Source: Guillardia theta CCMP2712 (lineage: Eukaryota; Protista; Cryptophyta). From it: a DNA stretch of 64,000 bases. The notes under the pieces were generated by a model. It was not told the DNA's origin. It ran no database searches and worked only from the letters and a program-made list of their open reading frames with translations. This document shows positions 29,881 to 42,314 of this stretch, in pieces. The translations under genes and the position numbers were made by a program. How positions within the stretch are numbered: position 1 is the stretch's first letter; each line of letters opens with the position of its first letter. The stretch is taken from positions 117,080 through 181,079 of the forward strand of contig NW_005434552.1 of NCBI RefSeq assembly GCF_000315625.1, written 5' to 3'.

Positions 29881-30560
29881 GACTCCGGGCCGGTGACGGG
29901 CCCGCCGGCGGTCACCGGGAGTCCGGTCACCGAGTCGCGCGGCGGCTCCCGGAGTCCCACCCGGCGGGCCGCGCCGTCGGACGGTCTCGCCAGATTGGCT
30001 TCTTCCGAGTCTTTACTCAAAGTTAAGTTAAAAATCACTCAGCCGTAGTCGGCGAGGACAATCAGGAGAGTCGAGGAGGGCAGGCTTGACCCTGACACTG
30101 TCCGGCGCACAGGCCCCGGCCAAACGGCGAGAAGAGAAAAGACAGCGAGAAAAAAATTCATGATTGGCTCGGCGTGCTGCCATGATCATCAGAGCATACG
30201 CTATGCCATGATGATAAAAGGCTGGCCGCACTGGCAACCGTGACACCGTGCCACTGCCGGTGCTTCAAGGCTTTGAGTAAAGGTGGCCCGCCGGTGTGAT
30301 TCAGTGATGTGATGGATGACTCGGCGGAGTCGGTGTCACGGCCGGAGCCTCGGCGAGTCACACCAGCGGCCGGCCCGGGCCGCGCCGCGGCCGTGCCCGC
30401 CGCGGTCACGGCGGGCGGCGGCCGCGGCAACCCGATCGTACGGTGCGCGGCCTCAGTACACTCGGACTCCCGGGAACTTTGGAACGGTCCGGCCGGGCCA
30501 GTGCCGCCGACCCTCTGGCCGGCCGGCCGGCCGGCCCGGGGTGAATTTTTTTCGCCGGGT
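29881..30560. other. Very GC-rich non-coding tract (CCGG/GGCC-rich), left flank of the palindrome
   Basis: Composition; counterpart at 49545-50385. Confidence 0.6.
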
Positions 30561-32325
30561 GCTCTGCCAGCCGCATTTTTTCAAAGTTTTAGGGAACGTA
30601 CAGGGGTATTGAAAAAGGGGGTGGGGGTCGCTTTTACACCCGTACCATTTCCATCACTCTGAGCCATAAAATATGGGTGGGTCCTAGGCCCCTTGCACCA
30701 TGACCCAGTGAAGTTACCGCTTTCCTTCCCAAGATGTACGTTAGATGAACTGAAGGGGTGGGGGTATATCAGACACCGGTACATTTGAGCCACAATACCA
30801 TATAAAAGTGTGGGTATCACACTCCATCCCGTACTACGGGTACTACTGATTTACTCGATTGCGGGGGCGAATATTTCTTGAGCAGCTTTGGCTCCTTAGA
30901 AGTTGCCTGCGTCCTCCCTCCACGCACAGGCAGACGCACATGGTTCTTATCTCTGCTGGTTAGCTTACGATGTTAGCTACTCTCTCAAGGACATCTAGTT
31001 TCTCAGCCAATGACACGAGATAGAATATATTCCCTTCATTGCCATGTGCCTTGCGATGAAATGAGAGATGCTGGCAGACTCGTCTCCCGCTATCAAGCAT
31101 GTCAGCAAGGCAGGGCGTGTTTGTAGTTGATGCCGTACAAATTGCTCACTGTTATCTATCTGGTTTGGAGAGTAGAACAGCAACTTGTGATAGTGCAACA
31201 AGTCGATGATGTTGTGAACATTCAATTCACACATGTACAAATGAATGAGAACACCTGATATGTTGAAAACAAATTAAGTATCCATTGTCACAACTTGTAA
31301 GTTCAAACTCAGGGTGATAAAGACGTTTGGAGCTGCTCTCGGAATGTTGCATACTAGGGTTGTGAGAAGTCACGCACTGTAACAACTTCGTGTCACTGTC
31401 ACAAAGATGTTGATGATATTAGACGAGCCTCAGAATCGAAGTGAGGAAAAGTATCTATTGAACAGCTGAATCATTGTGCATGTACGGTGTGGGTAGTTGA
31501 AGTAGATGTATTCTGGATGTAATGAAGAAGCTGTGAAGCTATCTCCCTTTCATCTCTGCATTTCCTCAAGGATGCCGTGTGGTGCATTTACATGTATTTG
31601 TCTGATTGCATAATGAGAATCGGAGGGTGCGAGGCGGTCCCGGTATCTTCGTGCTGCATCCTCTGTCTCATGGCAGGCCTGGAAGTCACATGCAGATCAC
31701 AGCAGCAGCGGGTCAGCGATCGCATCATGCACAGCGACGTCAGGCGATCTCGCTCAACGCGATCAGAGCGTGATGGAAGGCTGCATGGGCTGATGGAGGA
31801 GGGAGAGGGAGGAGAGAGAAGGGAGAGGACGAGGTGAGCAAGAAGGGATTTTGCATGTGATCAGATTGTGAGAGAAGGTCACGTAGGCTGATAGAAGAAG
31901 AGGCGATAATGTGATTTACTCTCACAAAAGAAACATCTTATACAAGATCACGTGTTGTGCGCTTCTCTGAATCCTCCCCTTTCAGCCTGCTCTTCTGTCT
32001 CTCGGGCTTCTTGCTCCCCGCGTCCCTCATCAGAGTAGACATGTGGCCTCGTGCTCGTATTGCTTGCCATGCACATCCTGCGAGAGGGAAGAGAGCGGAG
32101 CGATCGAGAAGAGCTTGTTGCCGCATCAAGATGAAAGCATGAAGCAGAGACAGACTAGAGGTGTAGGAAGGAGGCAAGCATGCGTGGTCACGAGAGGACT
32201 GAGGCAGAGATGACCGAAGGTGACGAGGGTCAGTCTTAAGATGTGTGTGAGAGAGGAGAGAGTACATTCATGCCCCAGCTCTGCCTGCCTGCCTGTCTGT
32301 CTGTCTGTCTGTCTGTCTGTCTGCC

Positions 32326-32399
<74 letters not shown>

Positions 32400-32437
32400 G
32401 CTGGCTGGACTGTCTGTCTGTCTGTCTGTCTGTCTGT

Positions 32438-32482
<45 letters not shown>

Positions 32483-33614
32483 TGCCTAACTGTCTGTCTG
32501 TCTGTCTGTCACTCTCACGTGCGTCCTGTGCGCTGCTCTGAGCCACGGACGAGCGCTTTCCTCGGAGGAAGACTGTGGGCGGGAGCGATGGGAGGAAGCA
32601 GGAGAGTAGAACGACGTCAGAGCCGACGGCAAGGGGAGGAAGGGATCTGCAGGTAGATCAGAGACCAAGCCTTCAGTGATCAAGAAACACGCAGGGGGAG
32701 GGGCAGAGTGATGGAGGAGGCAGGGCAGGGCATGCGAGCTCGCCGGACGGGTGGTGTAGAGAGACGGGAGGGGTGTTTCGATGAGCCTGGGAGCCNNNNN
32801 NNNNNNNNNNNNNNNNNNNNNNNNNNNNNNNNNNNNNNNNNNNNNNNNNNNNNNNNNNNNNNNNNNNNNNNNNNNNNNNNNNNNNNNNNNNNNNNNNNNN
32901 NNNNNNNNNNNNNNNNNNNNNNNNNNNNNNNNNNNNNNNNNNNNNNNNNNNNNNNNNNNNNNNNNNNNNNNNNNNNNNNNNNNNNNNNNNNNNNNNNNNN
33001 NNNNNNNNNNNNNNNNNNNNNNNNNNNNNNNNNNNNNNNNNNNNNNNNNNNNNNNNNNNNNNNNNNNNCCTGTCGCCTTCCTGCCATGGCGACGGAGGTT
33101 GGTCGCAGGGAGGAGGCGGCGGGAGGCGAAGGTCGGCGGGCAGGGGCAGAGCACGGGGGAGGGGGGGAGGGGGGAGAGGAGGGAGGGGAGGGGAGGGGAG
33201 CGGGGAGGAGGCGTAGGGGACGGGATTGGGAGAGAGGGAGAGAAGCGTAGGGCATGCAAGACATATAGTTGTGGTGTAGGTGACAAGATGAGTACCAGAT
33301 GTGAAGGGGAAGGAAGAGAGCAGGACAGGAGAACATGCAGGATCCAGGGAGGGAGGCATCACGACGACACAGGGGAACGAAACCTTGTTGGCAGAGATGC
33401 GGGAATAGTTGACGAGGCGGGAGGAAGCCGAGGGCGAGAGGGGATGCTGGGGTAGAGAGGAGGGAGTCATGGTTGACGAGGCGTGAGTGAGGGCATGAGA
33501 TGGGTCGGAGAGCTCAGCAGGCGAGGCGACAAGGCTTGAAAGTTTACAGCATGCACGCTGATGGGAGAGAAACGAAAGTAGGGCAGACACGCAGGAAAAA
33601 GAGCTCAGTGCATG

Positions 33615-34106
33615 TGTTACACCCCGAAGCTTTACGGGTTGCACACTAGCCAAGCGAATGCTCAATGAACCTCCGCTGGATCACACAGAAGGTGCTAGAT
33701 AGTATTATCAAGCTTTATTGCAGCAACCACACCAACACAGGGAAATGCGTGGTACACAGAGGGAGGGAAGACAGACCCCCTAGAGATGAAGATCTTGATC
33801 CTTTTATAGCCCTGTGGGAGTCCCAGGGGTAGTGGTCCTCGCTTGCACGAGTCTTCCTGCCTCGTGCCGTCGCTATGGCCCCTTTGGTCCATGCGCTGCT
33901 CCTGTTCTTGTTTCTACCAGAAAGGAGAGCTCCACCGGTGCTTGATAGGGAAACCGTCCCGGAGGGGTCCGACTTCTGAACCAAAGTAGCCGTTAGAGAA
34001 TCACTGTCTTTCGTCTGGATAGTTGTAGAGGCTATCCTTGTGTGCTGTCCACATTTCGAGTGTTGACCACTCCTGTGTTGGGCTCGCTAGCCTATGAGCT
34101 CTGATA
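33615..34106 (-). repeat. 3' LTR
   Basis: Matches the 5' LTR; preceded on the - strand by purine tract AAGAAAGCGCAGAAAGAGCG (PPT). Confidence 0.95.
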
Positions 34107-34211
34107 CGCTCTTTCTGCGCTTTCTTGGAGTGCTCAGGACTCAGAAAACTTCGCTTTCTTTGCTCTGATACGCTCCCGCAAACTCGCACCTAGACCAAAG
34201 TCAAAGAGCGG

Positions 34212-37200
34212 TCAAAGGCGGCGTGAACGCCGTCCCTGAGCAGAGGAAGGTACCGGACGTCGCTCACGCTGTTTGGCCCTGTCGTAGCGTTGAACCAAAT
34301 TGCGAAGCGCTCGAGTGCGAACGAGATGTTCCACTGGTTCCCAGGTGTCATCAGCAGAGGAGAAACCTTTCCAGCGAACGAGATACTCCTTGCGTCCGCG
34401 CTGCGTTCGATCAGCGAGTAGGCGCTCCACTTCATAGAAGTCCGGGAGAGGCTGGGGAGGCGGAGCGGAGTCCAGCTGGGGCTGTCGTTGAATGTGAGGA
34501 CGAAGAAACTTGGCGTTGAAGACGTCGATGGTCATCCTGGGGAAACGTTGCTGCACGTTGATTCTGTAGTTGTTGTTGGATAAGACTTCAGTGATCACAA
34601 AGGGTCCCAGAAACTTTTCACGAAACTTGCGCACTTCAAAGGTTTGATTGAAGAGTCGTGCATCCAGCCACACCTGATCACCAACGTGCCAGTTGAGAAC
34701 TCTGCGCGTCTGAAGTAAAGCAGCTTCGGTGCGATTGGCCATTGCTGCGAGCTTGTCGCGCACGACATTCTCATTCACCTGGATGAGATCAAGTGTAGAT
34801 TGCACCTCAGGAATCACCGGACTGAGCGTCAAGTCCATGGCGGAGCGAGGATTGCGACCGTACTCCACTTGAAAGGCCGAGAGACCCGTTTCCTTGCGAG
34901 GCGCATGGTTGAGGGCAAACTCGAGAAAAGGAAGATGAGAGCTCCAATCGTCACGAGCGGCGGTCAGGCGCGTCCTGAGCATGTCGAGGATGGTAGCGTT
35001 TGCGCGTTCCACCCGGCCATTGCTCTGAGGTGATACTTTGGATGAGTGGCGACCTGTACACCCAGAGTCTCAAACAACGCATCCCAGAAGCGGGNNNNNN
35101 NNNNNNNNNNNNNNNNNNNNNNNNNNNNNNNNNNNNNNNNNNNNNNNNNNNNNNNNNNNNNNNNNNNNNNNNNNNNNNNNNNNNNNNNNNNNNNNNNNNN
35201 NNNNNNNNNNNNNNNNNNNNNNNNNNNNNNNNNNNNGTCAACCATGACGAAGATGGCGTCATAGCCTTCAGAGGTAATGGGAAGTCCGCTGAGAATGTCA
35301 ACGGAGAGTACGTCGAATTTGTCAGCCGGAACGTCATGGCTCTTTGGAAGCCCCACAGGCCTCTGCTTGTATGCCTTGGCGGCTTGGCAGGTCAGACAAG
35401 AATGCACATAATTCTCAACATCACGCTTCATGTTGGACCAATATACCTTGGTGGCCAGGTCGAGATATGTCTTGTCAGAGCCGAGGTGACCCGCTTCGTC
35501 ATGGCCCATGCGGAGTATGGCTGGCCGCATGGCGATGGGGATGCAGATGCGACGACGACCCAAGGAGTCTTGATGGAAGAGCAGTTCGTCTTGGTAGATG
35601 AACGACTTGCATCCTGGTTGTCCTACCAGCTCGCCGTCACGTCCTAGTTGAAAGAGGATCTGGAAGTCCGGGCAGGTCGCATAGTGATGGAGGAGCTGTT
35701 GAGAGAAGTTGGCATTGGTCAGGATCTGGATGTGATGCAAACCCACGAGGAGATCTCTGGCCATGTCGTCAATGCGCGTCTCGCGAGCTGCAGCGGATGC
35801 CGGATCGGGCGAGGAGTCGACCACACGGCTGAGCGCATCGGCAACAGAATTCTGTTCCCCTGGGATGTGCTCGATTTCCATATCGTACTGCAGGAAGATA
35901 GACAGCCATCTGGCAAGGCGAGGGGATAGCTCAGGCTGAGTCGTCAGGCGAATCAAGCTATGATGATCGGTTTTGACTTTGAAGCGGCGTCCGATGAGGT
36001 AGTAGGAGAAGTTCTTCAAACTCTCCTTGAGAGCCAAGAGCTCGCGTTCATAGGTCGAATAGTTGCGTTCAGCGGAAGACAGCTTCTTGCTATAGTAGGC
36101 GATTGGATGCTCATTGCCATGTCGATCGCGTTGATGTAGAGTTGCGCCAATGGCTAGGTCACTAGCATCGGTGTACAGGATGGTCGCACGATCCTGCTGA
36201 AAGTGCCACAAGACTGGAGTCGTGGCTAATGCCTGTTTCAAGGCATCAAATGCGATCTGAGCAGATTTAGTCCACACGAAACGGCGCTGACTGTTCTGTA
36301 AGAGATCTGACAGCGTAGAGGATAGGCGCGCATAGTTGCTGACGAATTTGCGATAGAAGTTTGCCATCCCAAGGAATGTACGCAGTTGTTTGACGGAAGC
36401 CGGCGTCGGATATTGTTGAATGGCCTGGACCTTGTTAGGCTCCGTGGCGATGCCAGCTTGGGTGATGGTATACCCCAAGAAATCAAGCTGCTGTTGCATG
36501 AATAAGCACTTGCTACGTTTGACATAAACTCTGTGCTCACGGAAGCGCTGCAGGACGCGGCGAATATCCTCGAGATGCGCTTCTTGCGTGCCCGCTGTAC
36601 AGAGGAGCACATCATCAACGTACACAAGCGCGTTGGGGATATCAGCCAGTATACCTTGCGTAAACTTTTGGAAGGCGGCCGTCGCTGTTTTCAGACCGAA
36701 CGGAAGCGCTTTGAATTTGTAAGCCCCTTGCTCAGTCACAAATCCTGTGTACTGACTGCTCTGAGGTGTGAGCTTCAGTTGCCAAAACCCGCTAGCTAAG
36801 TCGACTTTGCTCAACCATAGCGGAGTACCTGGCGGGTTTGCTGCCAGTTGGCGCCCCACACGCTCCATGAGTTCTGTGGGAATGGGAGGGGGAAAATTGT
36901 CATCGATGAGTTGTGCATTAACTTGCCGATAGTCCACACAGAAGCGCCAGATGGGCTCACCATTAGGCGAGGTGCCTTTGCGGACGAAGATAACCGGACT
37001 CTGGTAAAGAGCATTGTCGTCCCGTTCAATGAGGTCGCGCTCCAGCAGGAAGCGAAGTGTGTTTCCCATCGGAGTTTGAAGCGCCGAGGGAAGACGATAT
37101 GGACGAAGACGCACCGGCTGCGCGCCTTCGCGAACCTTCAGGTCGACATCATACTCTCCGCGAGAGATGGGAGCCTGGATTGGAAGTTCATCGACAATGA

Positions 37201-39406
37201 CGTCGTCGAAGTCCTTGATCAGCTGCTGAAGTAATGCCGCGACGGCGGCGTCAAGGGATTCGGGACTCGGATCCGACGGGGCGTGCATCGTAGTCGGAAA
37301 CTCTTCTGTCAGCGACGTCATGATCCAAGGGAATTCATCGGGACCCAGAGGTCGCGATCCTGCTAGATCGTGTCGCATGTCGTGACACAGCGTGTCAGCA
37401 CTGTGGTGAAATATGCAAGCACCCGCAGGCGTCGTTTGCGCTGAGGATGTAGCAGCCGGCAGACCACGCGGGAACATCATAGCGACAGGAAGCTGCTGTC
37501 GACGTCCGGGGTAGGTCGAGGAGGGAATGGAAATCCGTCGTTCATAGAAGTCGATCTGCATCTTTAACTTCGTGATGAACGGGTGGCTCAGAATGGCGGG
37601 CAGCGCCGCGTGTGCATCAAGGATGAGGAACTCCTCCTGAGCCCTGACGTCAGTGCCTGTGATCCGGAAGTCAAGGTGACATGCGTCCCGAACTATAACC
37701 GATCTGTCGTCCTTGGCGAACTGGACCTTCACCGGGGTGGCGATCTTGTGCGTAGATAACCTGAGTTCGTCTACAATCGCACGCGAGAGAATGGATGCCT
37801 GCGCCCCCGTGTCCAGGAGCGCCAGGATTTCTCTGGGTTGTTCTGCTCGTTCCGACTCAATTTGAATGGGCAGGTAGAGCAGGTTGGAGTCGATGTCTGC
37901 CGCCTGAGTCAGCGTCGAGGCGGTCTGAACTGTCAGCGTATTCATTTGCAGCAAGTCTTGTGCTTCGCCATCAAACTGCACGTGGTGGCGTCGACGAGAC
38001 TGAGCGTCAGCACGCTTACCCTGCCGAGTCGTCACGGCAGCGGTAGTGGGCTCGTCCTCTTCACCAGAGGGGAATTGTTCATCTTCGCGCGCTGGCGAGG
38101 ACGATGCACGAGGGGATCGTGCGCGGGCCTGATGAGGGCTCTGGCTGCGACGAGCTCGTCGGCAGTCCTTAGCATAGTGTCCCGAGCGTCCACATGCATG
38201 GCAGATGACATTGCGGCGCTCGGCGCTGGGTGATCGAGAAGGCTGTCGCTCCTGGCGACGGCCGTTATCCCGTCGTTGATCCCTGGACGAGTGACGTCCT
38301 GAGCGACCCCTGCCCGTGCCAGGGCCGGACTGGTATCGTGGGGCCGGTGTGTGCTGCGGATTGCCCCCCGAACGAGACTGACCCGGGACTCCCGTGACAG
38401 CAGGGGTTCCCTTACCTCGAGTGGGCTTACCCGCAAGCACATGCGACGTCAAAGCATTCAGCTGTTTGACGGACCCATCTGGCATCGTGCAGTGGGCATA
38501 CGCATCTAGTGAGACGCAATATGTGGCGAGCTGGAGAAACGTCGGCTCCGATCCTGTCGTTTGCAGATGGGAGGCACTCCATGCATTGAGGAGAAGCTTC
38601 GTTGTGACGTTAGTGATGCCCGTTGCAAAGCGTTCACGCAGGATCACATCGGTGGCGAATGCCGCACCACCGGGAATGAGATCTAGTTGTTCTTTGAGAA
38701 GCTTCGTACGCTTGTAGTATGTTGCCATGGATTCTTGCGGCTCCTGACGGAGGTGATCCAGACAGGCAACGAGTTGTGCTCGAAGTCCCAATGGCATGTG
38801 TTGGGACTTGAGCTGGGTGGCGAACTTCACCCAGGGAAGCTCTCGAAGTTCGGTAGCCGAATAGGCTTGCACATAGTAGTCGCGTGCCGCCTGGTCCAAG
38901 AAATCCAGGGCACAAAGAACCCAGCAGGCTGTGGGTATCTGATGCAACTCTAGTTCATACTGCATAGCTGTGAGCCATGTGAGAATGTTGCGTTGTGGTG
39001 ACTGCCTCGTAGTGTCCAGCTTTGGCACTGAGCGCAACTTTGCCACCATCTGAGCATGTGTGTCACCTGACACATTGGAGCGTCCCGCCGCTGCGGGATG
39101 CTGTCCAGTAGAAGCAGCCGGCGTCGGCGCCGCGGGCTGCTGAGGGGCCATCAGAGCACCCATCTGAAAGGCGGCGGCTAGTTGCGCCTGCAGCAAGGCC
39201 ACTTGTTGCGCGAGACCCTCCATCGTAAGCGTCTCCGTGGGCACACCAAAGGTTTGTGGCAGTTGCTGGGTATCTTCCTCCTGAGGGAGCAAATCCTCCG
39301 TATCGCTGTGACCCGCCGCAGACTGCCATTCCGTATCAGAAAGCAGTGCGTCTCCGGTCGCTGTCTGTTTGCTAGCGTGAGCAGTGCGACGTGTATAATG
39401 TGTCAT
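34212..39406 (-). CDS. Gag-Pol polyprotein (single ORF; apparent 1-nt frameshift near the gap at ~35030)
   Basis: CCHC knuckle CHACGRSGHYAKDC, protease LLDTGA, RT YVDD, RNase H LYTDAS, integrase HHCC (HDEAGH..CLTC), chromodomain YEVERLL..YLVRWKGF..TWEP. Confidence 0.95.
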
Positions 39407-39496
39407 CAGGGGTAGGCAGGGGAAAGGGGGAAAGTAGAAACACGGTCACCACAATTCCGCAAGATAACACTGCACCAACACTTCACTACCAATTTA

Positions 39497-39988
39497 TGTT
39501 ACACCCCGAAGCTTTACGGGTTGCACACTAGCCAAGCGAATGCTCAATGAACCTCCGCTGGATCACACAGAAGGTGCTAGATAGTATTATCAAGCTTTAT
39601 TGCAGCAACCACACCAACACAGGGAAATGCGTGGTACACAGAGGGAGGGAAGACAGACCCCCTAGAGATGAAGATCTTGATCCTTTTATAGCCCTGTGGG
39701 AGTCCCAGGGGTAGTGGTCCTCGCTTGCACGAGTCTTCCTGCCTCGTGCCGTCGCTATGGCCCCTTTGGTCCATGCGCTGCTCCTGTTCTTGTTTCTACC
39801 AGAAAGGAGAGCTCCACCGGTGCTTGATAGGGAAACCGTCCCGGAGGGGTCCGACTTCTGAACCAAAGTAGCCGTTAGAGAATCACTGTCTTTCGTCTGG
39901 ATAGTTGTAGAGGCTATCCTTGTGTGCTGTCCACATTTCGAGTGTTGACCACTCCTGTGTTGGGCTCGCTAGCCTATGAGCTCTGATA
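39497..39988 (-). repeat. 5' LTR (TATCAG...GTAACA)
   Basis: Matches 33615-34106; TATAAAA at 39690-39684 and AATAAA at 39601-39596 on the - strand. Confidence 0.95.
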
Positions 39989-41563
39989 GCATGTCAACAT
40001 GTTGTACAAGCAAGCGAAGGAGGAGAGCAGATGGTGGCGGTGGTTGAGGTGAAGGGCCCACAGCAAACATCCCAAGCGATCAAATAGGAAAAAGGGAGGA
40101 GGAGGAAGTTAAAAGTTGGTGATGGTTGCAAAGGTCACAAGGGCGACTGCGCTGGGAAAGCAGGAGGAGGAGGAGAGGGGGTTGGGCAGGGGGGGGCAGG
40201 GGAGGAGGAGGAGACCAGGGTACGGCAGACACGCAGGAAAAAAGAGCTCAGTGCATGTCAACATGTTGTACAAGCAAGCAAGGAGAGAACAAAAGGAGGT
40301 TGGACGACATGGAATGGTCCAAGGGCGGGCAGGGCGCTGGTGGCGATAGAGAGAGAGCAGCGTCAGACTTCAGCATGCCCGAGCGACGGAGATACGGGAC
40401 GACTGGAACATGAGGGACAAGGCAAACGGCGAGCAGAAGCGAAGCCAGAAAGAACAGCTCCCAGAAGCCGCAGGGGAGGGGAGGAGGCAGGGCAGGGCAT
40501 GCGAGCTCGCCGGACGGGTGGTGTAGAGAGACGGGAGGGGTGTTTCGATGAGCCTGGGAGCCCAGCCAGCCGGGGTGGGGGTGGGGCGAGGTAGNNNNNN
40601 NNNNNNNNNNNNNNNNNNNNNNNNNNNNNNNNNNNNNNNNNNNNNNNNNNNNNNNNNNNNNNNNNNNNNNNNNNNNNNNNNNNNNNNNNNNNNNNNNNNN
40701 NNNNNNNNNNNNNNNNNNNNNNNNNNNNNNNNNNNNNNNNNNNNNNNNNNNNNNNNNNNNNNNNNNNNNNNNGAGCTTGCAGGGGGGAGGATGCACCCCC
40801 CTAGTTTGGCTCCCTCACCACCCCCACCCCTCGAGACTCCTGTCGCCTTCCTGTCATGGCGACGGAGGTTGGTCGCAGGGAGGAGGCGGCGGGAGGCGAA
40901 GGTCGGCGGGCAGGGGCAGAGCACGGGGGAGGGGGGAAGGGGGGAGAGGAGGGAGGGGAGAGTGAAGGGGAGCGGGGAGGAGGCGTAGGGGACGGGAGTT
41001 GATTGGGAGGACAAAGAAGGGAAGGCAAGCGAGAGGGCAGTAGGGGAGGCAAGAGGAAGAGCGATAGAGACGCAGGCAGGAGGGGACGATACGGGCATAG
41101 AGGGCAAGCCATGCAGTGCCGACATGTCTGACATGTGCATGCAGGCATACACTCTCCCGGGTAGGTAGCAGATGACAGGAGAATGCGAAAGCGACGGGGA
41201 TGAGGACGAGACGGATGGAGAGTGAGCAGCAAGCCGACAAGCGATGGGGAGGACAGAGAGTACAGGGCGACCGGTGATGGGAGGGAGAGCGACGGGCAGC
41301 AGCGAGAGGAGGCGACGACTCAACAGACTGGAGCAGGAGGGAGCAAGGAGGCAGCGCGCGGGCAGGCCAGCGAGAGCCTGAAGCGCAAAGACGTCAACGT
41401 CGTGTCGTTGAGGAGGAGGAGGTCGGGGGATGGGCAGCAGACATGGGTCAGGTTAATCAATGCTGACGTTTTCTTCTGTCAGCGCTGTTATGTTTGTATC
41501 TCCTTGCATCTTACAACAGCATGTATGCTATCCTCTATGCCTCCGCTGACGCCCCTCCCCTCT

Positions 41564-41962
41564 TCACATCGCCGGGGGGGGCCTCCCTCCCCTCTTCACA
41601 TCTCCTCCTCGTCCTCGCACGACAAGTACCACTCCAGCCAGTGCGCGTCGATGGCTTGCGAGGAAGGCTCGGGTGCTGACTCTGTGTGCGACCCTGGTGT
41701 CTCCCCCCGGCTCTGCGGGCTGCTCGTTCCCTCCCCGTCGATCCTCGGCGTCGTCCTGCTGCTTGACGACACCCCGCGCTGCTCGTCTCCGCTCCTCCGC
41801 TGCCCTGCGACGCCGTCCAGACGCTCGCCGGGCCCCGGCGAGGCGGCACATCTCGCTCGGGCGGCGCTCGTTGCCCATGCCCGCTCCTCGTCGCGCTCGC
41901 GCCTGCCCCGGCCCCTGCCTCTGCCCCTGCCCTGCTCCTCTCTGACCGCCGACTCCTCCTAT

Positions 41963-41993
<31 letters not shown>

Positions 41994-42314
41994 CCGAGGC
42001 CGAGGAGCAGGGCCTGGTTCCCTGCCCTCCCGTCGCGCAGCTCAGCGTACGGCCATCGCTGCACCCCGAGGAGGCGACAAGATCGCTTGAGCGTCGTCAA
42101 CGAGATGCCCTGCCAGCGTCGTCAGGCGCATGCGAGCAAGCTTGCTCGAGCTCGCGCTCGCGCTCACCAGGAACTTGGCCGCGTCCTTCTGTCGCATGTG
42201 GAAGAGAGGCTCGATGATGGTGAGGTCGAGCTGCACGTCGTAGGCGCTTGCTCCTTCCCCTGCTCGCTTGGGGGTGACGGTGACGGAGTCTCTTGCCTTG
42301 GGTTGCTCGCTCAT
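41564..42314 (-). CDS. RWP-RK domain transcription factor (exon 1 42314-42168, exon 2 from 42109; 3' end uncertain)
   Basis: Spliced peptide LDLTIIEPLFHMRQKDAAKFL|GISLTTLKRSCRLLGVQRWPY matches the RWP-RK consensus; 58-nt GTGAG..CAG intron. Confidence 0.88.

Larger units (their letters stand above)
33615..39988 (-). mobile_element. Full-length Ty3/Gypsy chromovirus LTR retrotransposon (6374 bp including gap), TSD GCATG
   Basis: Two 492-bp LTRs, gag-PR-RT-RH-IN-chromo order, GCATG at 33610-33614 and 39989-39993; single unoccupied site in the other arm (46330-46334). Confidence 0.97.

Noticed and set aside
29881-30560. ORFs in the GC-rich tracts (also 49595-50311), or rRNA fragments
   Set aside because: Pro/Gly/Arg/Ala-rich ORFs are expected from the composition; no conserved rRNA motifs recognised
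31577-32267. Mirrored small ORFs in the outer arms as genes
   Set aside because: No recognisable domain; their conservation is explained by arm identity
39481-39720. Tf1-type self-priming of the retrotransposon
   Set aside because: The best complement to the PBS downstream of the TATA box (CTTCCCTCCC) is imperfect; the better CACTACC match lies upstream of the TATA box in U3
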